Part shown: one piece after another, positions 49,484-61,298 of the stretch | How the letters are laid out: every line of letters starts with the position of its first letter | How positions within the stretch are numbered: position 1 is the first letter of the stretch | Assembly: GCA_002346425.1 (NCBI GenBank) | Contig: DDZS01000019.1 | Coordinates: 4,860 to 68,859, forward strand | Source: Alphaproteobacteria bacterium UBA3002 | GTDB taxonomy: Bacteria > Pseudomonadota > Alphaproteobacteria > Rickettsiales > UBA3002 | Reading direction: 5' to 3' | DNA: 64,000 nt | Made by a program: the position numbers and the translations under genes | Notes under the pieces: generated by a model | Seen by the model: only the letters and a program-made list of their open reading frames with translations | Told to the model about the DNA's origin: nothing | The model's database searches: none

Positions 49484-50798
49484 TCTGCTACTCGTGCTGG
49501 CGCTTCCGGCGCACGCGGCAGACATTCAGATTGAAGAATTCACATTATCGAACGGCATGCCGGTTATTCTGGTGCCCAACCACCGCGTACCTGCGGTCAA
49601 TCATACGCTTTGGCTGCCTGTAGGGGCAGCGGATGATCCGCGCGGTGCGTCGGGATTGGCGCATTACCATGAACATTTAATGTTTAAAGGCACGCCGAAA
49701 AATTCCGAAGGCACATATGAACGCATGGTGGAATCGCTGGGCGGTGAAACCAATGCCTTTACCGGAGCGGATTATACCGGATTTTACGTGACCATCGCGA
49801 CAGAACATCTCGAAAAAATTATGGCGTTGGAAGCGGATCGGTTTCAGCATCTGGCACCAAGCGCCAATGACTATGCCAAAGAGCGCGAGGTGATTATTGA
49901 AGAACGCCGATCGCGCATCGAAAATCAGCCGATGGCGCTGATAAAAGAACAAATCAACGCAGCGCTCTATCAGCACCATCCCTACCAAATTCCGATTATC
50001 GGTTGGATGCATGAGATGCAAACGCTAAGTGCGGAAGATGCCAAGCAGTTTTACGACACCTATTACCACGCCGGAAATATGGTTTTGGTGGTCGCGGGCG
50101 ATATTAAACGCGATGAGCTGAAGCGACTGGCGGAGAAATATTATGGTACGATTCCTGCCAAACCGGACTACCAGCGCAACTGGGTGAACGAACCGCCACA
50201 ACGCGCGGCGCGGCAGGTAGTGTTGCGTCACCCGCAAGTCAAACAGCCGCAATGGCTGCGTTATTATCTTCTGCCATCGTACAACACACCGGTGGATGGT
50301 CAGGGGACGGAACACGCTTTGCCACTGGCCTTATTCGCCCAATGGTTAGGCGGTGGCTCGACCGGCTTGCTGTATCAAAAGCTGGTGCAGGAGCAAGGCA
50401 TAGCGGTAAGCGCCAGTGCGGGCTATTCCGGGCTTTCGGCCGGACCCTCTGAATTGGTGATAAGTGTAACTCCTGCTGCTGGGGTGAGCATGGAAGCCCT
50501 TGAAAAGGCCGTTGATCAAGTCATCGATGAAGCGGTGGCGCAACCTATCCCCGCTGAGGATCTACAGCGGATTAAAACCTTATTTAACGCAGAAGCGATT
50601 TACGCGCGTGAAGGGCTGCAGTCGCTCGCAAGTTATGTCGGCATGCTAAAAATGCTTGGACTGCCGATGGATTTCATTACCGATTGGGAAGGCAAAGTAA
50701 ATGCCGTCGATGCCGAAGCCATTCAGGCTGCATCCGAATTATTGCGCCGGGAAGCGTCAGTCACAGGCCATTTGCTGCCAGAGGAGAAATCGCCATGA
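49437..50798 (+). CDS. M16 family zinc peptidase (catalytic subunit type)
   Basis: 453 aa. Signal peptide LVLALPAHA, inverted zinc motif HYHEHLMF. The exact start is uncertain because it overlaps the previous gene. Confidence 0.88.
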   Translation: MMIRKNAVLLIRYLISLLLVLALPAHAADIQIEEFTLSNGMPVILVPNHRVPAVNHTLWLPVGAADDPRGASGLAHYHEHLMFKGTPKNSEGTYERMVESLGGETNAFTGADYTGFYVTIATEHLEKIMALEADRFQHLAPSANDYAKEREVIIEERRSRIENQPMALIKEQINAALYQHHPYQIPIIGWMHEMQTLSAEDAKQFYDTYYHAGNMVLVVAGDIKRDELKRLAEKYYGTIPAKPDYQRNWVNEPPQRAARQVVLRHPQVKQPQWLRYYLLPSYNTPVDGQGTEHALPLALFAQWLGGGSTGLLYQKLVQEQGIAVSASAGYSGLSAGPSELVISVTPAAGVSMEALEKAVDQVIDEAVAQPIPAEDLQRIKTLFNAEAIYAREGLQSLASYVGMLKMLGLPMDFITDWEGKVNAVDAEAIQAASELLRREASVTGHLLPEEKSP

Positions 50799-52093
50799 GG
50801 TTGCTCGCCTGCCTGTTACTATTATGGGCCGTGCCAGCGCATGCCTTTGTGCCGGTGCAGGTGATTGAAGCGGAGGGGAAAACCGCATGGCTGGCGGAAG
50901 AAACCAGCGTGCCGGCGTTTGAGATTCGCCTGCGCTTTACCAATAGCGGCAGCGCGTTTGACCCGAAAGAGAAACTTGGTCTCGCCTGGCTTGCGGGTGC
51001 AATGTTGGAAGAAGGCACCACCGAACATGACGCGCAAGCTTTTGCGCGCGCGCTGGAAGAGAAAGCGATCAGCCTGAATGTGTCGGTCGGCGAAGAAGAT
51101 ATCATCGTGCATCTTAAAAGCCTGAGCGCCGAGCGCGAGACGGCCATCGCATTGATGCGCGAATTGCTGAGCAAACCGGCGCTGAATACAGAGCGTCTGC
51201 GCGAAGTGAAGCAGCGAATGCAAGCGATTCGTCAGCGCCAGCAGGAATCGCCTTATTACCATGCCAGCCAGCTATGGTGGCGCACGGCATATGGCGATCA
51301 TCCGTATAGCTGGCCGACGCTTGGCACTGAAGAAAGCGTGGCGAACCTGACCGCAGAAGACTTAAAAGCGTTTTATCAGCGCCATGTAACGCAGGCCAAT
51401 ATGACGATCAGTGCAGCGGGCGATATCAGTGCGTCACAGCTGCGTGATTTTTTACAGCAGTTACGCGCTTTGCCACTTGCTGATCGCTTTACGGCTACGG
51501 ATATTCCTGCGCCGCAATGGCAGGCATCTACAGACCATGCCAGCCATGCCATGGACGTCCCGCAAAGTGTTATCCAGTTTGGCGGACCGGGCATATCCCG
51601 TGACGATCCGGACTTTTACGCGGCATTCGTGTTTAATCAAATTGTGGGCGGTAGCAGCCTGACCTCCATTCTCGGTGAGGAAGTGCGCAAGAAAAAAGGC
51701 TATACCTACGGCATCAATACGGACTTACAGCAGCTTGGCGAAACGGCGTATTGGATCGGTCAATATGCCACGCAAGCGGCAACGGCTGAAGCATCGCTTG
51801 ACGTCGTGCGACAGACGCTACAACACGTAGCTGCTGGCATAACCGACGCCCAGATGCAGCAAGCAAAGGATTATCTGACTGGATCATTTCCGTTGCAACT
51901 GGATAGTAATGCCGGTCTGATCGCCTATCTCGACAGTATGCAACGTTATGAGTTGGGGCCGGACTATTTGGATAAGCGTAACGCGTATATCCGCGCTGTC
52001 GACATGGCAGCCGTAAACCGGGTGGCGAAACGGTTGCTCTCAGATAAGGGGCTGTTATACGTAGTAGCAGGACAACAAGCGAGAGACGAATGA
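50795..52093 (+). CDS. M16 family peptidase, non-catalytic partner subunit
   Basis: ATG 50795 forms an ATGA overlap with the upstream M16 stop. 432 aa, signal peptide LLLLWAVPAHA, no HxxEH motif. Confidence 0.82.
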   Translation: MRLLACLLLLWAVPAHAFVPVQVIEAEGKTAWLAEETSVPAFEIRLRFTNSGSAFDPKEKLGLAWLAGAMLEEGTTEHDAQAFARALEEKAISLNVSVGEEDIIVHLKSLSAERETAIALMRELLSKPALNTERLREVKQRMQAIRQRQQESPYYHASQLWWRTAYGDHPYSWPTLGTEESVANLTAEDLKAFYQRHVTQANMTISAAGDISASQLRDFLQQLRALPLADRFTATDIPAPQWQASTDHASHAMDVPQSVIQFGGPGISRDDPDFYAAFVFNQIVGGSSLTSILGEEVRKKKGYTYGINTDLQQLGETAYWIGQYATQAATAEASLDVVRQTLQHVAAGITDAQMQQAKDYLTGSFPLQLDSNAGLIAYLDSMQRYELGPDYLDKRNAYIRAVDMAAVNRVAKRLLSDKGLLYVVAGQQARDE

Positions 52094-53337
52094 CATCGAC
52101 ATTATTAAATCTGGATCATACGAGTAATGCAGAGCAAAGCGCGCTGAAAAACATGCGCGACAAAGTGCCTGCGGTAGCAAAACAATTCGATCAATGGATG
52201 GCCGAAAAAGCACTGCCATTGCTGCATCTGCCAGAGCGGCAGGACGATATGGAGCAAGTGCTCAAACGCGCGGCCCAGATTTGCGAAACTTCCAAACATT
52301 TGCTGGTGCTTGGCACGGGTGGCTCCAGTTTGGGTGGACAAACCTTATGCAGCCTGACAGATAGCGGCTTCCCGGTGACGTTCGTCGACAATGTCGACCC
52401 GCATACGATTGCGCGCTATCTGACCAAAGACCATATCGCGCATACGCATCTCTTATTGATCAGTAAATCCGGCGGTACGCTGGAAACGCTGGCGCAGGGG
52501 CTTGTCTTATTGAAAGCGAAAGCAGAGCATTTCGGCACGAAGGATCTGGCGGCTCATGCCAGCGTTATCACTATGCCGGGCGACCGTGCATTACGTGAGC
52601 TAGCGGCGCATTATAACTTGCCGGTAATTGATCACGACCCCGATGTCGGCGGCCGTTTTTCAGTACTAAGTTCGGTGGGCTTGCTTCCTGCGGCAGTTGC
52701 AGGGCTGGATGTGCAGGCGATTCGCGCTGGCGCGGCGGATGCGATTGCAAAGCTGAAAAAAGACCCGCAAAAAGCGCTGGATGGCGCCTGCTGGCAAGCC
52801 GCGATGATGGACACGCGTACCGTTTCGGTGATGATGCCTTATTGCGACCGGCTGGAATGTTTCAGCGCGTGGTTCAAACAGCTCTGGGCGGAAAGCTTAG
52901 GCAAAGACGGGCTGGGCTCCACCCCGTGTGACGCACTGGGCGCGGTGGACCAACATAGTCAGTTACAGCTCTGGCTGGATGGGCCGAAGAATAAAATCTT
53001 CACCATTTTTACGGTGAAACAGGATGACAGCATCCGCATTCCCGCGGCTCCATTTGATGGCTTTGAATATCTGAAAGACAAGTCGATGGGTGACGTGCTG
53101 GTCGCGCTGCAAGAAGGCACCATCGAAACCCTGAAACGCCATCACCTACCGATGCGAGTGGTGAGCTTGCCGGATGTGTCAGAGCGTATTATCGGCGAAT
53201 GGCTGATGCAGATGATGCTCGAGACCATTGCCGTGGCGCAAATGATCGGCGTTGATGCGTTCGATCAGCCTGCCGTGGAAGAAAGCAAGATTCTGGCGCG
53301 CGCCACCTTAAATGGGGAGCAGGCCAGCGCGGCATGA
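52090..53337 (+). CDS. pgi: glucose-6-phosphate isomerase (short form)
   Basis: 415 aa. [36 protein letters not shown]. Confidence 0.85.
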   Translation: MTSTLLNLDHTSNAEQSALKNMRDKVPAVAKQFDQWMAEKALPLLHLPERQDDMEQVLKRAAQICETSKHLLVLGTGGSSLGGQTLCSLTDSGFPVTFVDNVDPHTIARYLTKDHIAHTHLLLISKSGGTLETLAQGLVLLKAKAEHFGTKDLAAHASVITMPGDRALRELAAHYNLPVIDHDPDVGGRFSVLSSVGLLPAAVAGLDVQAIRAGAADAIAKLKKDPQKALDGACWQAAMMDTRTVSVMMPYCDRLECFSAWFKQLWAESLGKDGLGSTPCDALGAVDQHSQLQLWLDGPKNKIFTIFTVKQDDSIRIPAAPFDGFEYLKDKSMGDVLVALQEGTIETLKRHHLPMRVVSLPDVSERIIGEWLMQMMLETIAVAQMIGVDAFDQPAVEESKILARATLNGEQASAA

Positions 53338-55145
53338 AGATCCGCATTCTCCCCAGTAATCTGGTCAACCAGATCGCGGCGGGCGAGGTAATCGAGCGCC
53401 CGGCCTCGGTGGTGAAAGAATTGGTGGAAAACGCGATCGACGCAGGTGCCACCCATATCGATATCACGCTGCAACAGGCGGGTAAAAGCATTATCAAAGT
53501 GACGGATAATGGCTGTGGCATGGATGCGGACACCTTGCAATTGGCGATTCAACGTCATGCGACGTCTAAGCTGCCGGATGAGGATTTGCTGAATATTCAC
53601 CATCTCGGTTTTCGTGGCGAGGCGTTGCCTTCCATCGGCTCGGTCAGCCGCGTGGCGATCAGTAGCCGCACCGCCGGTGATGACAGTGGCTGGCAGATTC
53701 GCGTCGAAGGCGGCGCGGTATCGGAACTACACCCCGCTGCCGTAGCCAAGGGCACGAGTATCGAAGTGCGCGACCTGTTTTATGCCACGCCAGCGCGGCT
53801 GAAATTTCTTAAAACCGATCGCAGCGAAACGGGCGCGGTGAAGGACATGGTGCAACGTATCGCAATGGCCAATCCGACCGTCGGGTTTACTCTGCAACAT
53901 GACGGCAAATCCCTGTTGCGTCATAGTGCAAGTCAGCAAGAATTGTGGGATGCCGCAGAACAGCGTATGCGCTCAGTGCTCGGTGAGGCATTCGTCACCA
54001 ATGCGCTGCGTATCGAACAGCAGCGCGAAGATTTAATCCTGCGAGGGTTTGCAGGGGTTCCGACCTACAACCGCGGGACGGGCAGCGAGCAATATCTTTT
54101 TGTGAATGGCCGCCCGGTCAAAGATCGCTTGTTGCTGGGCGTCGTGCGTGCGGCCTATCAGGATTTTCTGGCGCGCGATCGCCATCCGGTGGTGGTGCTG
54201 TTCTTAGAAGTGCCGCCCGAACAGGTGGATGTAAATGTGCATCCGGCCAAAGCGGAGGTGCGTTTTCGGGATACCGGCATGGTGCGGGGCTTATTGCTTG
54301 GCGCCCTGAGGCATACGCTGGCAGAGGCGGGGTTCCGCGCCTCGACCACCGTAGCGCAGCAAGCCTTGGGCGCAATGCGGCCCACCAGCTTCCCGCAGTA
54401 TCAGGGAGGACATAACTCGCCCACCTCATTGACCTATGCTTATGAACCGGCGAGTGCCGCCTATGCCTCGGCCCCGCAAGCCAGTTTTGCTTTGCCTGAT
54501 GCCGCCCCCGTCGCCCAGATGGCGCAGGAACAATTGCCGCAAAAGGTCGAAGAACTCGCCGCCTATCCCTTAGGCGCGGCCCGCGCGCAATTGCACGAAA
54601 CCTACATTATCGCCCAGACCAAAGAAGGACTGGTAATGGTCGATCAACATGCGGCGCATGAGCGGCTGGTTTATGAAAAAATGAAAGCGCAAATGGCAGC
54701 TAGCGGTATGAAACGACAAGCACTGCTTTTGCCTGAGGTCATTGAGCTTGGGGAAGATACGTGTGAGGCGCTGCTAAAACATGCGGCGGCGCTGGAACAA
54801 TGCGGGTTGGTGATTGAAGCCTTCGGCGAAGGTGCCATCGTGGTACGTGAGATTCCTTCTGTGCTCGGCGACATTAACGTGACGGCACTGGTTCAGGATT
54901 TAGCAGATAATCTTGAGGAATGGGGCGAGACCTTAGCGCTGAACGAGAAGATTGAGCATGTCTGCGGTACGCTCGCCTGTCATAATAGCGTGCGGGCGGG
55001 ACGGCGGTTACATGTCGATGAAATGAACGCGTTATTGCGCCAGATGGAAGCCACGCCGTATTCCGGCCAGTGCAATCATGGTCGTCCGACCTATGTCGAG
55101 CTGAAACTAGCGGATATTGAAAGGCTATTCGGCCGCAGAGAATAG
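53334..55145 (+). CDS. mutL: DNA mismatch repair protein MutL
   Basis: 603 aa. [36 protein letters not shown]-terminal CNHGRPT. Confidence 0.96.
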   Translation: MKIRILPSNLVNQIAAGEVIERPASVVKELVENAIDAGATHIDITLQQAGKSIIKVTDNGCGMDADTLQLAIQRHATSKLPDEDLLNIHHLGFRGEALPSIGSVSRVAISSRTAGDDSGWQIRVEGGAVSELHPAAVAKGTSIEVRDLFYATPARLKFLKTDRSETGAVKDMVQRIAMANPTVGFTLQHDGKSLLRHSASQQELWDAAEQRMRSVLGEAFVTNALRIEQQREDLILRGFAGVPTYNRGTGSEQYLFVNGRPVKDRLLLGVVRAAYQDFLARDRHPVVVLFLEVPPEQVDVNVHPAKAEVRFRDTGMVRGLLLGALRHTLAEAGFRASTTVAQQALGAMRPTSFPQYQGGHNSPTSLTYAYEPASAAYASAPQASFALPDAAPVAQMAQEQLPQKVEELAAYPLGAARAQLHETYIIAQTKEGLVMVDQHAAHERLVYEKMKAQMAASGMKRQALLLPEVIELGEDTCEALLKHAAALEQCGLVIEAFGEGAIVVREIPSVLGDINVTALVQDLADNLEEWGETLALNEKIEHVCGTLACHNSVRAGRRLHVDEMNALLRQMEATPYSGQCNHGRPTYVELKLADIERLFGRRE

Positions 55146-55193
55146 GGCATTTCAACACATGACAAAGAGAATCGCGCCCTCTATAGTGCCGCC

Positions 55194-56186
55194 ATGCAAA
55201 TCACCTATATTCTGCTGATTGCGATTTCAACGCTTGTCATGGTGTCTGTGATGGTGCCACTGGCGCTGTTTATCATGCAACGCCTGGCCAAATTCGCGGA
55301 GAAGAACGAACGCAGCAATCATGAAGTACCAGTGCCAACCGGAATTGGCATCGCGTTTATTATTGTCGCCGCGGGATTTATGGTCATCGCGCATGCTCCG
55401 ACGCCGATTATTGCCGGTATGCTGGTACTTGGCGCGGTGGGTTTTATGGACGACTGGCGCGGCTTAGGGGTTGGCTTGCGACTCGCGGCACAGGCAATCG
55501 CGGTGGCCTACGGAATGACCGTAGTAGGTGTGGATGTATTTCAGGGGCTGTTGCCCGATTGGGCGGGGCTTACGCTTGTTGCACTGTTATGGGTATGGAT
55601 GATTAATCTCACCAACTTTATGGATGGTATTGATGAGCTAACCACCCTGCATGTGGGGACCTTATGTCTGGGCATGATTGCGGTGACATTGCTTAATCCT
55701 GCAGCGGCGCCAGCGATTGCCATCGACGCGCTGATTATCCTCATCTGCCTGATTGCCTTTTTCCCCTACAACAAACACCCCGCCTGTTGTTTCATGGGCG
55801 ATGCGGGGAGTTTGCCTTTGGGCTTTGTCTCGGCCTATCTATTATTTCATATGGCCGAAGAAGGCGCATGGGCCGCAGCGTTAATTTTACCGGCTTACTA
55901 CCTGACCGATGCGACGCTGACACTGATCGCGCGGTTATTGCAGGGTGAAAAAATCTGGCAGGCGCATTCAAAACATTTCTACCAGCGCGCAGTGCGAGGC
56001 GGGTGGAGCCATAGCGAAGTCGCGCGGTGGGTGGCCTGTACCAACATGCTGCTGATTGGGCTGGCCATCGCTACGCTTTATGTGCCGACAGCGCCAATCA
56101 TTCTGGTGATTGCGGCCTATGTCGTCGCTTTCCTGCTCTGCGCCATGTTCACCCGGCGGAAAACCGTACAAGCCTATGCGGCGTAG
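55194..56186 (+). CDS. glycosyltransferase family 4 (WecA/WbpL-like polyprenyl-phosphate sugar-1-phosphate transferase)
   Basis: 330 aa, multi-TM. NLTNFMDGIDEL, MGDAGSLPLGF. Confidence 0.85.
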   Translation: MQITYILLIAISTLVMVSVMVPLALFIMQRLAKFAEKNERSNHEVPVPTGIGIAFIIVAAGFMVIAHAPTPIIAGMLVLGAVGFMDDWRGLGVGLRLAAQAIAVAYGMTVVGVDVFQGLLPDWAGLTLVALLWVWMINLTNFMDGIDELTTLHVGTLCLGMIAVTLLNPAAAPAIAIDALIILICLIAFFPYNKHPACCFMGDAGSLPLGFVSAYLLFHMAEEGAWAAALILPAYYLTDATLTLIARLLQGEKIWQAHSKHFYQRAVRGGWSHSEVARWVACTNMLLIGLAIATLYVPTAPIILVIAAYVVAFLLCAMFTRRKTVQAYAA

Positions 56187-58029
56187 CAGCCTGCGTAATT
56201 TTTTAGCGGGAAGCGTCGATGCAGCGCTGTCGGCTGCCTGCTTTACCATCGCGCTCTATCTACGCTGGTCGGAAGAGGCTTTTGTAAACGCACAATCCTA
56301 TCTGGTCGAAGGCATCGTGCTTTCCGCGGCGAGCATGGTGCTATTCGTCTGCTGGTCACGCCTTTATCGCCGCTATTGGCGCTACGTGTCGTTGCATGAT
56401 CTGACGACAATCGTCAAAGTCTGCGGTGCATCGCAGGTGGTGTGTTACGGCTTACTTTTCATGCTTAACCGGCTGGAGGAGCTGCCGCGTAGCGTACCAG
56501 TCATGCATGGGCTGCTATTAGTGGCGGCGATGACCGGGCCGCGCCTGATGTCGCGTCTCTGGCATGAGAAAAAACTCCGTTTGCCCGCCGGAAGGCAAGT
56601 TCCTGTTGTTTTGGTAGGTGCCACTACACAGGCTGAAGCCTTTATCCGCGAATCGATTCGCCAGCCGTCTTTCCCCTACCGCGTGGTGGCGGTGATCGCG
56701 CTGGATGAACAAGGGCAGGGGCGGACCATGCATGACGTCAATATTTACGGTGGCTTGCATGAAATTCCGGCAGTTTTGCGTAAATTAAAGCGCAAACAAC
56801 AAGCCGCGCAACGTCTGATCATTGCTGACCCGCATATGAGCGGTGAAGCCGTAGGGCAATTGCTGAAACTTGCCGAAAGCGAAGCGATTCTACTCTCGCG
56901 CATGCCCCGTATCAGCGATTTGTCGCAAAGTGAAGAAGTGGCCAAAGTGCGTCCCGTGGCCGTAGAAGATTTGCTGGGTCGCAGTCAGGTGAAACCCGAC
57001 CAAGCGGCAATGGAACAGGTCATTCAGGGCAAGAAAATTCTCATTACCGGCGCGGGCGGATCGATCGGTAGCGAACTCGTGCGCCAGATTGCCGCGTGGC
57101 AACCGAAACATATTCTGCTGCTCGAACAAAGCGAGTTGGCGCTATATGAAATCGACCGCGAATTGGCCGCCACGCATCCCGAGCTGACGCGGCGGGCGAT
57201 TCTGGGCAATATTCGCAATAAAGAGCAGATTTTATCACTGTTTAAGCGCCATAAACCCGAAGTCGTTTTCCACGCAGCGGCATTAAAGCATGTCCCGCTT
57301 TGCGAGATGAATCAGGCCGAAGCGGTGCGCACCAATATTCACGGTACCCGCAATGTAGCAGATGCCTGTGTCGAAGCGGAAGTGCCGCTGATGGTGCAGG
57401 TGTCGACCGATAAAGCGGTCAATCCGACCAATATCATGGGTGCGTGCAAACGGCTGGCGGAAGCCTATTGTCAGGCGCTGGGCCAAAGCCAAAAAGTAAC
57501 GCGTTTCGTCACGGTGCGTTTTGGCAATGTACTCGGCTCTACCGGATCGGTAGTGCCACTGTTTCAAAAGCAATTGGAAGCGGGCGGACCGCTCACGGTA
57601 ACGCATGCTGACATGACGCGTTACTTCATGACCATTCCGGAAGCGGTGCAGCTGATTCTGCAAGCCGCGGCTTTGCCGTGTGACCAGGCAGCGCCAATTT
57701 TTGTCTTAAATATGGGAACCCCAGTGCGTATCGAAGATTTGGCGATTCAGATGATCCGCCTTGCTGGATTACGTCCGCATGACGATATCGCGATTACCTA
57801 TACCGGGCTGCGTCCGGGTGAGAAATTGCATGAGGAACTTTTTTACGATAGCGAAAAAGTCGAACCGACCAGCCATAGCGATATTATGCTGGCCGCCGCG
57901 CGTGAGGCGGCGGTTAAGCTGATCGCCAAGCAAATCGACGATCTACATAAAGCGGCGAGCAAAGCCGAGCCCGACCAATTGAAACGTTTGTTGCACACCG
58001 CCGTACCCGAATATAAGGAGGCCACATGA
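56176..58029 (+). CDS. polysaccharide biosynthesis protein, CapD/WbpM/PglF-like NDP-sugar 4,6-dehydratase
   Basis: ATG 56176 gives 617 aa. N-terminal TMs, Rossmann [29 protein letters not shown]. Confidence 0.88.
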   Translation: MRRSSLRNFLAGSVDAALSAACFTIALYLRWSEEAFVNAQSYLVEGIVLSAASMVLFVCWSRLYRRYWRYVSLHDLTTIVKVCGASQVVCYGLLFMLNRLEELPRSVPVMHGLLLVAAMTGPRLMSRLWHEKKLRLPAGRQVPVVLVGATTQAEAFIRESIRQPSFPYRVVAVIALDEQGQGRTMHDVNIYGGLHEIPAVLRKLKRKQQAAQRLIIADPHMSGEAVGQLLKLAESEAILLSRMPRISDLSQSEEVAKVRPVAVEDLLGRSQVKPDQAAMEQVIQGKKILITGAGGSIGSELVRQIAAWQPKHILLLEQSELALYEIDRELAATHPELTRRAILGNIRNKEQILSLFKRHKPEVVFHAAALKHVPLCEMNQAEAVRTNIHGTRNVADACVEAEVPLMVQVSTDKAVNPTNIMGACKRLAEAYCQALGQSQKVTRFVTVRFGNVLGSTGSVVPLFQKQLEAGGPLTVTHADMTRYFMTIPEAVQLILQAAALPCDQAAPIFVLNMGTPVRIEDLAIQMIRLAGLRPHDDIAITYTGLRPGEKLHEELFYDSEKVEPTSHSDIMLAAAREAAVKLIAKQIDDLHKAASKAEPDQLKRLLHTAVPEYKEAT

Positions 58030-59555
58030 CCCAACGCGCATTACTATCCGTATCCGACAAAACCGGTCTGACCGATTTTGCGAAAGCCCTAACCGATGCC
58101 GGATGGGAGCTGCTATCGACCGGCGGCACCGCGAAACATTTGAAAGACGCTGGCTTCGCCGTCACGTCTGTCAGCGATGTGACGGGATTCCCGGAAATCA
58201 TGGGGGGGCGTGTAAAGACATTACACCCCAAAATTCATGGCGGCATTCTGGCCGATCGCGATCAGGCGGAGCATTCGCAGGCGATGCAGGAACATGGGAT
58301 TGCGGGGATCGATATGGTAGTGATTACGCTCTATCCTTTCGAGCAGACCGTAGCGGGCGACGCCTCGATAACGGATGCGATTGAAAATATCGACATTGGC
58401 GGGCCGGCGATGATTCGTGCGGCGGCCAAAAACCATGCGCATGTCACTATCATTACCGACCCTGCGGATTACGCACGGGTGGCAGCGACGCTTACAGATC
58501 AGGGGCCGGATCAAGCTCTGCGGCGGGAATTGGCGGGGAAAGCCTTTGCCCGCACCGCTGCCTATGACACGGCAATCAGCCGCTGGTTTGCGCAGGAATT
58601 TAGCGTAGACGGCCTGCCCGATCATTTTATCGGCGGTCGCAAGGGCGCGCCGTTACGGTATGGTGAAAACCCGCATCAACAGGCTGCAACCTATCTGCTG
58701 CCGAGCGACCAACCCTCCGTGCTGCATGCCAAGCAACTGCAAGGCAAGGAATTGAGCTATAATAACCTCGCCGATGCCGATGCAGCCGTCCGTCTGGTCA
58801 GTGAATTTGAAGAACCGGCCGTGGCAATCATTAAACACGCCAACCCCTGCGGCGTGGCGCTTGGTAAAGATTGTGTCGATGCCTATCGGAAAGCACTGGC
58901 TTGCGATGCGACGAGTGCGTTTGGCGGTATTCTGGCAATCAATCGCGAGTTGGATGAATTGCTGGTTGAGGCAATTGGTAAGCTGTTTCTGGAAGTGATT
59001 ATTTGCCCGCGCATTACCAATGGTGCGGCAGCAGTCTTGGAAAAGAAAAAGAATCTACGCGTGTTGGTTACCGGCGGGATGCTGGAACATTCGAATGAGC
59101 TGGTCATCAAAGCGGTTGCTGGCGGATATCTGGTGCAAGAGCGTGATACCGCACTGCTACAGGACCTGAATGTCGCAACCAAAACCCATCCAGATGCGCG
59201 TCAGTTACGGGATCTGCAGTTTGCCTTCACGGTCGCCAAGCATGTGGCATCGAATGCGATTGTCATGGCCAAAGAAGGCGCCACCGTCGGCATCGGCGCC
59301 GGGCAAATGAGTCGGGTTGATTCGGTCCGTCTGGCGTGCTGGAAAGCGGAGAATGCTGGCCTATCCACCCAAGGCGCGGTCTTGGCGTCGGATGCGTTTT
59401 TCCCGTTTGACGACAACGTGCATCACGCCGCGGAAGCGGGAATAGCCGCGCTTATTCAGCCGGGCGGTTCTGTGCGGGATGACGAAGTGATTGCCGCCGC
59501 GGATCAGCACGGGATGGCGATGGTGATGACTGGTATCCGCCACTTCCGGCATTAG
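58026..59555 (+). CDS. purH: bifunctional AICAR transformylase / IMP cyclohydrolase
   Basis: 509 aa. [34 protein letters not shown]-terminal TGIRHFRH. Confidence 0.97.
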   Translation: MTQRALLSVSDKTGLTDFAKALTDAGWELLSTGGTAKHLKDAGFAVTSVSDVTGFPEIMGGRVKTLHPKIHGGILADRDQAEHSQAMQEHGIAGIDMVVITLYPFEQTVAGDASITDAIENIDIGGPAMIRAAAKNHAHVTIITDPADYARVAATLTDQGPDQALRRELAGKAFARTAAYDTAISRWFAQEFSVDGLPDHFIGGRKGAPLRYGENPHQQAATYLLPSDQPSVLHAKQLQGKELSYNNLADADAAVRLVSEFEEPAVAIIKHANPCGVALGKDCVDAYRKALACDATSAFGGILAINRELDELLVEAIGKLFLEVIICPRITNGAAAVLEKKKNLRVLVTGGMLEHSNELVIKAVAGGYLVQERDTALLQDLNVATKTHPDARQLRDLQFAFTVAKHVASNAIVMAKEGATVGIGAGQMSRVDSVRLACWKAENAGLSTQGAVLASDAFFPFDDNVHHAAEAGIAALIQPGGSVRDDEVIAAADQHGMAMVMTGIRHFRH

Positions 59556-59592
59556 AAATTATTTCCGGCGCGGCGCGTCGGAATGTTGCTCC

Positions 59593-59617
59593 CCTATTTT
59601 GCTTCCTGCAAAATAGG
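59593..59617. other. perfect 10-bp inverted repeat (CCTATTTTGC-TTCCT-GCAAAATAGG) between convergent purH and motB
   Basis: Read directly from the sequence. There is no adjacent T- or A-tract, so it is not a canonical intrinsic terminator. Confidence 0.5.
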
Positions 59618-59693
59618 TGGAACCTAAGCTATCGCAGCTCATGGCTGTGGTCGGCCTGCTGGCCTCTTTTCATTACGAAGAAGCGCAAAAAAT

Positions 59694-60359
59694 CTAATCT
59701 ACCCGCTCTACACGAATAGCGACGCGGCGATTGAGTTCGCGGTTTTGTTCGATGGGGTTGCCCATTTCATCTAGGTTCGGCACTTTCGGTTTGGTATCGG
59801 CATGGCCGACAGCGCTAAGCAATTCAGGCGTTAACCCATCGGCGATGAAGAAGCGGACGATGTTAGCCGCGCGCCCTGCCGAAAGCTCCCAATTCGAGGG
59901 ATAGACGTTAGAACGAATCGGCACATCGTCGGTGTGGCCTTCGATATTGATCTCATAGGCGTCATAATCAAAATCTTGTAGAATCAGCGCGACCTCCTGC
60001 AAAATGGGAACCGCTTCGGCTTTAAATTTGGCAGAGCCGGAATGGTAGAAAGCGCCACTAGCCAGCTCCAATGTTATGCCGTCGTCATCCTGTTCTACGG
60101 ACATGACCGATTCCAGCGCATTGGCTTCGATCATAATCTCGATTTCTTCCGTCAGCGTCGACATGCTGTCCTGCTCTTGCTCTTGCATCAGCCCGGCAGC
60201 GGTAAACGCGTCGGCGACTTTTTTGAAGTCATCTTCCTGCGGTTTGGACACAGAAAACATCAGGATGAAAAAACATAAGATCAGGGTGACCGCGTCGGCA
60301 TAGGTGACGAGCCACTCATCGGTATTTTCCTCTTCCTGCTTTTTCTTTTTAACCGCCAT
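59694..60359 (-). CDS. motB: flagellar stator protein MotB/PomB-like (OmpA-like C-terminal domain)
   Basis: 221 aa. WLVTYADAVTLILCFFILMF (plug/TM with the conserved Asp), OmpA-like GHTD...NRRV. Confidence 0.85.
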   Translation of the reverse strand: MAVKKKKQEEENTDEWLVTYADAVTLILCFFILMFSVSKPQEDDFKKVADAFTAAGLMQEQEQDSMSTLTEEIEIMIEANALESVMSVEQDDDGITLELASGAFYHSGSAKFKAEAVPILQEVALILQDFDYDAYEINIEGHTDDVPIRSNVYPSNWELSAGRAANIVRFFIADGLTPELLSAVGHADTKPKVPNLDEMGNPIEQNRELNRRVAIRVERVD

Positions 60360-60361
60360 GG

Positions 60362-61168
60362 CTACCCACGTATCTGCCGGTCGATGTCGAAATGAATGGA
60401 TGGATCAAGGAAACTATTAAGGCGATCTTGCATGTAACGCGGGCTTTTCTTTTCCGCGAGCATGATGAGCCCTTCAATCACCATCGTATTACGGAACAGC
60501 TCGATCTCTTCTTTCTGCTGTAAGGTGCTGGCAGCGGGCAGAAATAACAGCCGCGCCAAGATAACACCATACAACGTCGTGATGAGGGCGATGGCCATGC
60601 CCACCCCGATGGTTTTTGCCATGTCGCCACCCGCGCCCATGCTTTGCAACACACCAACCAGACCGATCAGGGTCCCTATCATACCAAAGGCCGGGGCAGT
60701 TCCGCCCATATTTTTCAAAATCGTCACAGGAACAGTCGCGCGCTCATACTCGGCTTCAATCGCTTGCTCCATCATCGGGCGTAGATCCTCGGCCTTATGG
60801 CCACCGGCGATGCATTCCATGCAATAGCGGATCACCGGGTCGTTTGACTTGACGGATTTGATTTCATTCTCCAGCGCGGGCAGACCCTTCTGCTGTACCA
60901 GATAGGCCCATTTGATGATGCGCCCAATTTCTTCATTGAGACCCTCGCGTGAGGATTTGGGCTTTTTCAGCATCCACCAGATGGCTTTGAAGCTGGTTTT
61001 TACATAGCGCGCCTGATAGCTCATAAATGCGGAGGCAATCGTGCCGCCAAGCACAATGGCAAGACTTGGAATATGGACGAATATAAACGGGTTTTCGATC
61101 GACGTGACCGCCGCGCCGACAACCAATAGAATACCCAGGATCGTTCCGATCAACGCGCCCAGTGACAT
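60362..61168 (-). CDS. motA: flagellar stator protein MotA/PomA-like (MotA/TolQ/ExbB channel family)
   Basis: ATG at 61168-61166 gives 268 aa starting MSLGALIGTILGILLVVGAAV. Also GGTAPAFGMIGTLIGLV. The upstream track extension was rejected. Confidence 0.85.
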   Translation of the reverse strand: MSLGALIGTILGILLVVGAAVTSIENPFIFVHIPSLAIVLGGTIASAFMSYQARYVKTSFKAIWWMLKKPKSSREGLNEEIGRIIKWAYLVQQKGLPALENEIKSVKSNDPVIRYCMECIAGGHKAEDLRPMMEQAIEAEYERATVPVTILKNMGGTAPAFGMIGTLIGLVGVLQSMGAGGDMAKTIGVGMAIALITTLYGVILARLLFLPAASTLQQKEEIELFRNTMVIEGLIMLAEKKSPRYMQDRLNSFLDPSIHFDIDRQIRG

Positions 61169-61298
61169 GGCACACTCCCTGTAAAGTCGTTGTTTTTTCA
61201 GATAGTGTGACGAAACTGTCCCGAAAAAGCAAGGCGCATGCACCCAAGCAGCGGGCTTTGGCATTGCAAGCGCTTATCGCAAGACGTAGAGTGCGCCT

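Noticed and set aside
59694-61168. MotAB pair as a possible Zorya-like anti-phage module
   Set aside because: From general knowledge, ZorA is far longer and has a long C-terminal tail, and the Zorya system includes ZorC/D-type genes. Here both proteins are standard stator size and no such partners are adjacent.
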